Positions 39,401 to 47,163 of a stretch of DNA of 64,000 bases are shown here, piece after piece (position 1 is the first letter of the stretch; every line of letters starts with the position of its first letter). This DNA comes from Carpediemonas membranifera BICM (lineage: Eukaryota; Protista; Fornicata). The position numbers were made by a program, and so were the translations under genes. The notes beneath the pieces are model-generated. The model saw nothing but the letters and a program-made list of their open reading frames with translations, was not told the origin of the DNA and searched no databases. The stretch covers positions 277,521 through 341,520 of the forward strand of contig JAHDYR010000014.1 in assembly GCA_019828565.1 (NCBI GenBank), written 5' to 3'.

Positions 39401-41325
39401 ACCTGGCCCGTCGACAGTCGGGTCAGAGCAGACAGCACGAGCTTCTTGAGCTCGGGGGTGAAGCGCTTGAACTCGCTGTCGGCCACTAGCGGCAGGATGC
39501 ATCGCATCAGCAGCTCCACCTGGGCGCCGGTGATGCGGTACTCCGCCAGCAGGTCATTCACCTGGATCGCCTGGGCGATCGCCGTCTCCAGGGACGTCCA
39601 CCGGGAGTCCACAAGTGCCACAGCGGCCTTGGCGCGTTCGTTGAACGTCGACAGCTGTGCTATCGTCGCTCCATCGGCCAGGCTGGCGAGCGCCTCCCCG
39701 TCTGCCTCAGTCGCGTCCGTCAGGGTCTCGAGCATCAGCGCACACAGTCTTTGCCGCTTGAAGCTCTCGTTCATGACCAGGATGTGGATGCGGATGTCAT
39801 CCCACAGGGCCCCGGACAGCGGCACCGCGGGGAACTCCCCGGAGGTCTCGATGACGCCCTTCGTCATGCGGAACCGCAGCTGGTCGGCCTCCTCCTCGGC
39901 CACGTCGTCGAGGTCCTTGGCGAACTCACGGGCCAAGCCCAGCACGGTGTCCCGGACGGCCCCGGTGCCCTCATCCCGGCCGGTGGTGACCAGGTAGGTC
40001 CGCTCCAGGGCATGCGCGCGGTCGATGGTGGCGTCCCACATCTTGATGAGTTGCTGCAGATCTATAGAGAAGAGGGGAGGCTGGTATCGAAGGGTGCTGT
40101 GAGACAAGTGGTACCGGACGAACTGCTCGGTCGTCTCCACCCACGCCCGGGCCAGCTCGGGGGCGCTCTGGAGATACTCGACGTACGCCTCATAGCAGGA
40201 CTCGTCGGGTGCGGCCATGCCGTCGGCCAGGTCGACCAGCGTCGCCCTGATGGCCGCGGACTGTGTCGTGTAGGCGTCCTGGGACCGACGGACCTCGATG
40301 AAGCGCTTGGTCCTGCTGAACACGGTCAGCGTGCGGAGGCTGATGGGGCAGCAGTTGCTGAAGAAGGCGTGCATGTGGCCCAGCATCAGCGTCACGAACC
40401 ACTTGTGTGTGTATAGCAGTGAAGCCTCGTTCTTGTTCGAAATCAGGTCAGGGATGGCATAGGCGTCGTGGGCAAACTGGCATGCGACCAGGGTTCTTTC
40501 GTGCGACGTCGACAGCCTGTCCAGTGTGTCGAGCGGGAAGTTGAAGTGGTCGTAACTGTGGATGATGCAGCCCAGCAGGTGCCCGTTCAGCTGCTGCAGG
40601 CTGTACACCCGCACTGCAGGGAGGTCCTCCGTCGTCGTCTCCTTGTGGGATGACGGGTAAAACTGCACCCGGTCGATCGCCCACTCGTACAGCCCGTCCT
40701 CTCCCCTCAGCCGGCGTGTCTTGCCGTCGGGGAGCTCGTGGCTGTAGTCCACCTTGTAGATCATGTGGTATCGGGCAATCTGGAAGATGCCTCGGCACAC
40801 GGCGTCCCGGAACGATGACAGCGAGGTGCTACTGCGCTCGGCCATGTTGATGTCATCCACGGCAGCCCACATGTCGCGGTATACGTCCGCGTTCGACCTC
40901 GTCTCGTCGAACTGGCCAGCCTTAGTGTATGTCACGAAACCAATGGAGTCCAGCCGCCGCTTCCACGCGCTGGTGTTGTCAGTGAACCGACTGTCCTCAG
41001 GGAATGCGACTCTGGACATCAGCATGGTCAGCGGCTTCTTGTCCGGGCTTTCTCGCTTGGACGAGACGGGCTCCTCTCGCTCAATCTTGCCGCTGAGGAC
41101 ATCGAGAAGGACAGCAAAGGAAAAGCGCTTGCGATAGGAGAATATCTCCTCTATGTTGTCGATTCGGAGCTCGTCAAGGCCGCCTTTCACAAAGTTTTCC
41201 TTTTTCACGTCATCGTCGATTCCTTCCTCGATAGCCCTGAGATAAAGCACATTTTCTATGGCTGATCGAGAGCTTTCGAATATCGAATTGGCATATCTAG
41301 CCATCATGGCGTGTATACTGGCCAT
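30433..41325 (-). CDS. Giant alpha-actinin/spectrin-superfamily-like protein (N-terminal CH domains, helical rod, C-terminal EF-hand)
   Basis: 3630-aa ORF. CH2-like GEDGLYEW...NGHLLGCIIH...YAIPDLI...MHAFF, long amphipathic helical rod, and EF-hand FDADGNRTLDQNE. Confidence 0.7.
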   Translation of the reverse strand: MASIHAMMARYANSIFESSRSAIENVLYLRAIEEGIDDDVKKENFVKGGLDELRIDNIEEIFSYRKRFSFAVLLDVLSGKIEREEPVSSKRESPDKKPLTMLMSRVAFPEDSRFTDNTSAWKRRLDSIGFVTYTKAGQFDETRSNADVYRDMWAAVDDINMAERSSTSLSSFRDAVCRGIFQIARYHMIYKVDYSHELPDGKTRRLRGEDGLYEWAIDRVQFYPSSHKETTTEDLPAVRVYSLQQLNGHLLGCIIHSYDHFNFPLDTLDRLSTSHERTLVACQFAHDAYAIPDLISNKNEASLLYTHKWFVTLMLGHMHAFFSNCCPISLRTLTVFSRTKRFIEVRRSQDAYTTQSAAIRATLVDLADGMAAPDESCYEAYVEYLQSAPELARAWVETTEQFVRYHLSHSTLRYQPPLFSIDLQQLIKMWDATIDRAHALERTYLVTTGRDEGTGAVRDTVLGLAREFAKDLDDVAEEEADQLRFRMTKGVIETSGEFPAVPLSGALWDDIRIHILVMNESFKRQRLCALMLETLTDATEADGEALASLADGATIAQLSTFNERAKAAVALVDSRWTSLETAIAQAIQVNDLLAEYRITGAQVELLMRCILPLVADSEFKRFTPELKKLVLSALTRLSTGQVQPTMNRLGEIGRDVLGLTGADLGEVLAVAGQGQVDQALKEDVQDFRKDLARRDTGFSVNRMHQYTITELQTQFMENARYLADTIDSWIATLLSLTADDLIDPNNLEESEFAAVVGNWDVQSVELKTSLGSLEEIEEYLLGRGAVLKVSVRQISSRYATLQSIAEKKGDELMSRSVALETRRDRASAIVSEYQRVAAALEEAKTHCDTAVEAVTTIPVEAAELEELMAAVAELDIEPLFQTMKLSTEQMDQPCGVPLDAGDDGRADPQGFAEVLYGRTDALISGVIATMVDAAYADGVGRALAMVGTNVKATCTELDRVTGAWGKRVEQLDVDSPGADSLLSGLGGYLDFSKLLFRAVESVARQCQATPLAQDATPALVVPSVLYEPYETLVDNARQIRELYEAKTVDLGKTLVAKQDANGTTLQLGGVGAVLASMRAYLAEYRRLLATPPHAFIADVQFEGGAAAMSMETPLVEFFGEEAVDYLTSRGILPHGLFLAGLVFDDVDSAVTRLENLMGDVQRALLSPHDDREELYTADVEKELSALKVRATSRRRALEDAVADYRNYCRIRDSVLGRCDGLLEQLTGLLLTKEFDALSPQALRDLQAQYTAISGETDVLRAQYPMVAAPAVDVKVLACQQRLRTVQRLTGTAESWAGRLEQASECVAVLRARDQVVSLVASLSEFYHGLVAQPLTDPVAMFSIRQALQTTAAADRAILARLSPHTEEIDALFDRIDGLRVEYETAVDTAQVRMRCETVLAVAEAHIRAVHTDIVANPAMQLDAVGKVGIEGLSPRSFAVASGIISAVEAAQREQMAISREIIAGIDVTLAEHNISTGERLGQRLEDVMAMRDNTDRELTNRRQALIRLVGTTRAAIAARTCFDAIAEPLLPLLQEIHAMVHTPHDVVTEGDVDRLQDEVSRWRGRVLAVDWEQLTNAAAGFSEADGTTVGPVPMAVLEALRDSILATCRSIDFAANNAHAFFRYRVSQATVIEAWLVEIEKHVSSVRTERVDIRKALTGSSPPAAVRVQLERIIALKETHAERGYDLVKCANVLESVIRQLPLLHQAVVLDEGMEQRGALSIIGPLQMRGEIFSDVVSKLTESIAAFDEATTSLGELYVFGIDAVSGSGMVDEAVVSLTRDAGVLRSLLGIENSTAPNQGIVSDVARSTYAAEVAQRIQSNLSVADPKLRGFLEETLDRLNSLRVDDTAPGEDAELRFLTELRDAVVRFNGHVRDAASVRRAMFIRLMAVIQDTFQGQTGTSLDALKDALDYHDEEWSTLGRHMAGVVGAGHELADELRDSDGCLPAMLDFWMQLLSSIGIAGTVQRLADQVRDRQHALVESLDVLSTHCDAVTAAMIDNRPDTSAGDGLESVWVLSRGLADATGPLSAVASIESTLFVTSGRVPGMTADLCSRLASFCAAHTAHHTNTFAAVKRTMEASVANAVQGTARGAWTSVVSALDATMKRWDLATAAGCLHCAAEHEAVLAEARYAKTRCAKDVWLSSVYQSAAALEISAADLAHRLTTTLDNWRAKGDLYRTVGDRLIDLAQAEMGQLVTVDVTSTDVTQFERLRADMDTALNRYGREAKSRTALQKDAQEVMDAHTALLGEDVAQTTPTATIIGNLIHIGNQRQAACTFLRDFAMAAVEGSHQLATALVAAEGKVAPAEEAISSVMRDNGRIGEPTSTIPLLTDALIAASEVLARSGEPHGPSFLDGRDSLEQRLRTCMYQAALATDMCVKANRADTRSTFNTAFTRFFVKVAEQSRDRIAAATARVEKELAALTATELDPTAFSELHQVHGDVFAIERVEAPVLEDAATRLTLYDGRLPPHRVALDDVPAPEPGTTGALTSRGVSDTLARLTRASGTLTAQMDDLRLDMAMPGIAANETERIRCLLALIDVWATNSSLVIDLPHDDLVASAELAALYQMSSPLDSAKYQLVTARDYVTAIVQNAGLDPTNVKFSHMTPSGARESTCAELLRDISNRIRKIDMELHAMPPLPNPDDARQYVGKQSEVLQRAATVLIQFLPMRVESPESYEAGKAVFDDGAHAIATIDAALTALAESPPASTVGIPPATLQKLALLLEEAQADYGEHLRHYESRAASLSDAAQQYEEMVRLQSAALDGAEQNLHDFANQALEALGRRRELNIDTGNSVAEEKLTEIREIANNSRLPPQMMPVSLNDTRQELQEEEELDALNTEIARIHDSVTMKSEELMDSKDDFVDMFNYCIESEISTRADEQALRDMYDRWCSTVNRLALLASTLGHAIQLTHLPELFTPYASQVQALHLFLDDAETFVIDFAEKHNGLLSEPDGDSFAELAEAFNPCNTPTMFNSIFDLLQVIPNVILHEQTFTSYAATVLELEAMIQAADTPIDEDNVHLAQLMDPHRLQPVLADAAEVIDRWTAFAEHQHRLVPSGEALRGRMHALLSATRAHTEAVALLELSAAVPADSFAMDVPEPDTTLPDEANEAGPFRDFDTIAADIDKKFSDAKLGRNPAFRVEAEEILLKKIEAAVLEDETVQGAHNIETAKRVLIGREVKAELRMSLGYFPKSIEIHSTDLKELSKGSTQERLHLIESTACPVQFVTKLWSAVRRVISEYASASGVTAKALIQHLGSSTGAVRDPDDPNGEPLLPDVVALLAESEELLSSNEGHTKEVAAAIDSASKAARSALSSLNTVKQRGMECYRRLAVATQYALCIDSTKATEEEATVAAEILKRVVRPLIADPVRPSVAQLSTMVSMVIEKLPPAEQRRLGILGEGFLHGPDENGVGRDYQRLLSFTDDILTEDATNRLRSIEANKRAFDMTDGFTIETLIMLFNYFDADGNRTLDQNEIQTMLRTLEISLTPSDERSLKRALDSNAAATGDRGLDLEHFFMFAKDVSALKITRGQGSLSMAFSDITRWWEDQFQNNARNYQMRVRNKVFERVFGIVLSKEDIKLLNSIVDESANDGGRRSRSRNRDDKLAVLKSIPDLQLPTDTRNVRVELSTM

Positions 41326-41469
41326 GATGGTTCTGATGCCAAAAAGTGCGTTTTACCTGGTGTCGCAACCGCAGATCACCGCGGACGTCCTGAATCTCTC
41401 TCAGCCGACCCAGCGTAGGTCTGGCGTGACGCTTACTGCCAGGCGGTATTCTGCGCAAAAACCATCTTC

Positions 41470-42913
41470 ATGCAAAAGGTTTGTTCACTCGCAGTATACC
41501 GTCATACAGACCATTACAATCTGTGTAGGACAATGTGGCTTGCAGGTTGGGCTGGACTTTTGGACAGCCCTTGCCAAGGAGTACGGTATTTCCGTGAAAG
41601 ATGGAAAGCAGGCCACCAATTCACTCACAACAGCCCTCCCGCCGGCAGCATTCTTCCATTACGGGAAACACACTGATGGGAGTCGGAAATATGTTCCACG
41701 AGCCATACTTCTCGACCTTGAGCCAGGCGTACTCGCTGACAACAAGGAGACGCTAGGCTTCATGAATCCAGCCAACATCGTCACTGGTGAGCACTTTGAC
41801 GCCGCTCTGGACGAGGAGACGAAGGCTGCTGGTGCTGGGAACAACTGGGCGCACGGCTTCACCAAGGCGCCTCACGTCCGCAGCCGCCGTGTTCGAGGCG
41901 AGAGCGTCATGCAAATAGTGAAGCGGGAGGTTTCGCACACAAACAGGCTGGACAGCTTCCTCGTGGTGCACTCTGTGGCCGGCGGGACAGGGTCCGGCAT
42001 GGGGTCCTGGGTCATCGAGCAGCTGCGGCTGTCGTACCCGTCGACCTCAATCGCCACGGTGTCGGTGTTCCCAAATGCCAGTGATGTCACAGTGCAGCCG
42101 TACAACATGCTGCTGACGCTGCGGCGCCTCATCTCCCACACGGACGCCGCCATCATCGTCAGCAACGAGAACATCGACGGCATCCTGCAACGCCAGGCCG
42201 CCCCAGCAAAGGGACGCCAGAGGTTCGATAACGACGTCATCCTCCGCGTCATGCTCGGGTGGACGGCGGCCATCCGGACCCCGACCCAGCGGTCGGCCGT
42301 GTCAGAGCTCATTCGAATGATGCGGGGTCCCAGGTCAGTCAACCTCTTCTGCCCGTCATGCGCCCCCGTCCGCAACCCCCGGATCATCCGTGCGAAGGCG
42401 CTCATGGCCAGCTTTGTCGACTCAAACGGCTACTTGGTGGCAGACAACCAGCTGGCCCTGCCGCGGGGAAGCCCGGGCGATGATCTGAGCAAGAGCAACA
42501 AGATAATCACGGCGCTTACCGTTTTCCAGAACACAACTGAGTCCGTCGAGGCCGTCGAGGCCGCTGTGGGGGCGGTGAGGCCGGCCTTTGCGCCCTGGGC
42601 CATTCCCATGTGGAAACACATCCAGACCGCGTCCAGCCGATCCCCCAAGCCCCCCAGCGCCTCTGCGGTGACTGTAGTGAGCTGCTCTGGCATGGCACAT
42701 GTCCTGCGGAAGGTGGAGGGCGCCGTCTCGCGTATGCTGAGCGGAAGGTCCCTGGAGCAGATGACGACGGAGCAGCTGAAGAAGGTCCCCTTCATGGACA
42801 CGTATCTGCAGGCCCTGGGCGCCCCCGAGTGTCTCGATCAGTTCCAGGAGGCGTATACTGTGCTGACCGGTGCCATTGAGCTCTACACGCAGGCAGCTCA
42901 TGCTCGCCCGTAG
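41470..42913 (+). CDS. TUBG: Divergent gamma-tubulin; exons 41470-41478 and 41510-42913
   Basis: 31-nt intron gives MQK|TITICVGQCG. Motifs YVPRAILLDLEP, GAGNNWAHG, HSVAGGTGSGMGS, SVFPNASDVTVQPYNMLLTLRRL. Confidence 0.8.
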
Positions 42914-42960
42914 CTCCACACAGGGACATTATGTATATGTATGTATGTATGTAAAGCGGA

Positions 42961-43164
42961 TCCAACATCGACCCGTCTGCTGATAAGCTCGTGGCCTTCC
43001 TGAAGTCTGCGGGAACCAGGCACCCCATACCTGCCCGCAAGATCGCCCTCATCATTGCCGACGCCCTCATGTCCGCTACCCTTCTGGTGTATGACAGGTG
43101 GGCGCTCAAGCTGGGACTTTTCAACCCGCTGGAGTTCCTTCCAGTGGACCCTGTTGCCTAAGCC
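42961..43164 (+). repeat. Start-less coding fragment, possibly the 3' end of a non-LTR retrotransposon
   Basis: SNIDPSADKLVAFLKSAGTRHPIPARKIALIIADALMSATLLVYDRWALKLGLFNPLEFLPVDPVA*. Second copy at 3376-3486. Preceded by (tatg)n. Confidence 0.5.
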
Positions 43165-43479
43165 AGCGTTTACTGTGAAATAAATGGAGTAGTGTAAAGC
43201 AGTCCGCGGCACAGGGGAGACTGTGGTACACGCCCTTTACATGAGCAATCATAAACGTTTCCAGGGTTTACCCGGGCCTTGCAGTGGATATAACAGTCGG
43301 CGTGGGCTAACACGACGCATAGAAGTCAGCTGGACTCACGCTATTCATGATGCCGTCCCATGTGACCATTCTATGACTCCGCAGAGTCGACTGAACGAAT
43401 GAGCGCGACTTCGACACATAGGAATGGTTCAATTGACAACAAGCCCTCATCCTGAGAACATCTCGCTGAGTGGGCGCCA

Positions 43480-46400
43480 ATGAACCTCGGTAATACCGGC
43501 TTTGGAGGCGAGAAGATGATGATCGTGCGGCCCGAGGATCCCAAGGCCGTCATGCACGTTAAGAAGCTGCAGCATGTTCCTGCACTTCTCAATATTTTCG
43601 ATGAGATTCTCGTCAACGCCGCTGATGAGGCTATCCGCAAAGCAACCGACCGCGTGACGAAAAAAAGACGATCTTCGTCCACGTCTCCGAGGACACCATC
43701 ACCGTGGCCAACGACGGCACAGGCGTCAGCGTGTCCGAGCATGAGTCCGGGATCCTGAACCCCGACATCACCTTCGGTGCGAAGAGTGCCAACATCTTCT
43801 CTGACCGCTTCGAGGTCAATATCAAGAACTATCATGCCTACAAGAGCGGCGTCAAGGCGTACTACCACCAGGTGTGGACCCGCAACATGGAGAACATGAC
43901 GGTCCCTGCCGCCAAGTCCCTCTCAACCAAGGCCAAGTGCGACAACATCGACCCGGACCTCATGGCCGAGATGAGCAAGAAGAGGGGCTGCTGCATCATC
44001 TCGTTCAGACCAGACTACTCCCGGTTCGGCGAGGATGACGACCCGATGGACACCCTGGACGACTCCCACAAGGCCCTGTTCGTGCAGCGCGTCCACGAGA
44101 TCGCCAGCTGCCTCGATGCGGTGTCGGTCTGGCTCAAGGTCGATGGGTCCGAGGCCTTTAGCAGCCCAACGAAGCTCCCCAACGGCTTCCACCCTTCATC
44201 AAGCGCATCACGTGCCTCGAGACGGCACCCGACGGCGAGGAGACGCTGGGCCGTGGCAAGACGGCGGTGTCGGTGCAACAGGTCATGGACACCGACGAAG
44301 ATGGCCAGCCAGACGCCCAGGTCATGACGTTCACACTCCGGGGCAACAAGCCCGAGTCCCCTGCCTGGGACATCAGCATCGTCAAGGCTGGACTCCTCGG
44401 GTTGCCGTCGGTCTCCTTCATCATCAGCCCGAGCAGGAGGCCAAGAACGCCGAGATTGCGGCGATCAAGCAGATCCTGGGCCTGTCAGAGAACGACTCGA
44501 CGGACATGCACAGGAAGCTCCGCTACGGCAAGGTGATGCTGATGACGAATCAGGACGCTGACGGCTCTCATATCAAGGGGCTCGTGCTCTCTCTGTTCGA
44601 CCACAAGTGGGCTCCCTCTGCAAGGCGGGCTTCCTACAAGAGTTCGTGACGCCCATTGTCAAGGCGACCAAGGGCCGCAAAGTTCGTTCGTTCTACACCC
44701 TGCCCGAGTATGAGTCCTGGACCGAGAACGAGGGCGCCAAGGGGCAATGGCGGGTGAAGTACTACAAGGGGCTGGGGTCCTCGTCCGACCGCGAGGCCGT
44801 CGAGTACTTCAAAGCCATCGCCCACCACACGATCGACTTCACGTGGGTCTTCCCCAAGGACGAGAGCCGCGACAGGTCCTACAAGAGCGACTTCGCCGCA
44901 TCGTCGGCCGAGCTCAAGAAGGTATTCAACGCCGACAGGACCGTCGCGAGCAGCTTTGCGGACGAGCGGAAGAAGTGGCTGGCCACTGCGGACATGGACG
45001 TGTTCGTCGACTATAACGCCGTCGCCAAAACTAAGCTGCCCATCCACACGTTCGTCAACAAGGAGCTCGTGCTCTACTGCCAGGAGGACAACTTCCGGTC
45101 GATCCCCAGTGTCGTCGACGGCCTCAAGCCCGGCTCCCGCAAGATCCTCTTCGCCCGCTTCAAGCGCAAGCTCAAGGAGCAGATCAAGGTGGCCCAGCTG
45201 GCTGGCTACGTCTCTGAGCACGCCGCCTACCACCACGGCGAGGTGAGCCTCAGCGGGACGATCATCGGCATGGCCCAGAGCTTTGTCGGGTCCAACAACA
45301 TCCCCCTGCTCATGCCTGAGGGCCAGTTCGGGTCCAGGGAGCAGGGTGGGAAGATTGCCGCCTCCCCCAGGTACGTCCACACGCGGCTGTCCGACATGGC
45401 GCGGCTCATCTTCCCCGAGGACGACGACCCACTGCTGGACTACCTCGTGGACGACGGCCAGTCCATTGAACCCGCATTCTACGTCCCCGTCATCCCCATG
45501 GTGCTCATCAACGGCGCGGCGGGCATCGGCACGAGCTGGGCCACTAACATTCCCAACCACTCCCCGCTGGACGTCATCGACGCCGTCAGACGCAGACTAC
45601 ACGTGGCAACGAGAGAGGAGGCTGGGCTGCCTGGCCTCGCCCACTGGTACGCCGGGTGGACCGGCACCATAGTGGCCAAGGACAACGTCGCAGACGGGGA
45701 GCCGCTGACGTACGAGCACACCGGTCGGGTCGAGGCGGTCCCCGTCAACCCCGACGACGACGACCTTTCGTTAGCTTACGACACCATGTGCCTCGAGATC
45801 AGCGAGTTGCCCATCGGGACCTGGACCGAGCCCTACAAGGAGCTGCTCGAGCAGTTCCTACAGGGCGTCTATATCAGACGGAAGTCGGCGAAGGGCGCCT
45901 GGCAGCTCGACATACCCAAGCGCGAGGACAAGATCTCTGCCGTCACCGCGTCGGCCAAGAAGTCACCAGCCCGTGCTAAGGCGGCCAAGAAGGACGAAAA
46001 GTTCGACGAAACCGTCAACGACAAGAACAACAAGGCGTTTAAGCTTGCCGACATGACCCAGCACCATGGGTTGAACATGGTGCGGTTCAGGGTGTCGGTG
46101 ACCAAGCGCATGTACGATGTTGTGCGGCAGACCATTGGCTGGCCCAAGCTGCTGAAGATGAGCGGGTCGATCAGCAAGACCAACATGGTCCTGTTCGACC
46201 GCCACAACCGCATCGTGGAGTGCAAGCGGACGGATGAGATCATCGAGCAGCACTACCAGGTCCGCAGCGAGATGTACCAGCGCCGCATGGACCTGCTGCT
46301 GCTCACACTGCGGTGCCAGTTCCTCATCCAGACCACGATGACCGCCTTCATCAACCTCGTCAACGCCAAGGAGCTTGACACCCACAGGCCCGAGGCCGAG

Positions 46401-47163
46401 CTCATCCAGGAGTTGTGGGGCCGCCAGCTGCTGCCCGATACGGACTCCAGGGCCAAGGTCCTCGCCGCGGCAGGGGCGGGTGAGGTCATGCTGGCTGTGG
46501 AGAACGATGGGCCTCGGACTGAGTTCACCCAGGCCTTCTTCAGGGCTGCTGAGAACGTCACCAAGCTCCAGGAGAACTGCTATAGCAGCCTACTCACCAT
46601 GCCCATCAAAACTCTCACGAAGGAGCGCGCCCAGAAGCTGCATGCGGACGCCGCCGCCACCAAGACCAAGATTATCGAGCTGGTGGGCAACCCCCAAGGA
46701 TCTCTGGCTCGCGGACCTACAGGCGCTGGAAGACGCCCTGATGGAGCGTGACTCGTGCCCCGGCATCACGAGGACGCGGAGGCCGCCCATCCCGGAGCCA
46801 GAGTCTGACAGCGCCGGGACCCCTGACTCTGCAGCGCAGTTCCCGTCGATCAAGCAACGCATCGCCAAGGCGACCCAGGAGCTCGACTCGGAGGAGGCCG
46901 CCACGCCAGTCCAGACCCGCCCCAGGGCACTGAGGACCCGGGCTGCTGCTGTGAGCTACTATGACGACAGTGACAGCGAGGCCTATGACACTGACGACTT
47001 CGACGAGGACATGACCGAACCCGGGCCGACACCGGAACCCAAGGCCAAGGCCCCTGCCCGTCGGATCCGCGGTGTCAACCTCAACTTTGGTGGTAGTTTT
47101 GGAGACTCAGCCAGCGACAGCGACTGCTCGGATATTACCTTAACAGAATTCTTCAAGCTCTAG
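43480..47163 (+). pseudogene. TOP2: Fragmented DNA topoisomerase II
   Basis: IFDEILVNAAD, QDADGSHIKGL, KYYKGLGSS, RSIPSVVDGLKPG, YHHGE, AASPRY spread over at least five ORF segments. The GRNGYG ATP-lid, TEGDSA and PLRGK motifs are absent. Confidence 0.85.

Noticed and set aside
28846-40416. Long antisense ORFs over CCT2 and the giant gene (likewise over VMA6, TTLL, POLQ and TOP2)
   Set aside because: Shadow ORFs caused by GC-rich codon bias on the coding strand.
41258-41469. N-terminal extension of gamma-tubulin
   Set aside because: It overlaps the opposite gene's start. The spliced ATG at 41470 gives the canonical tubulin N-terminus.
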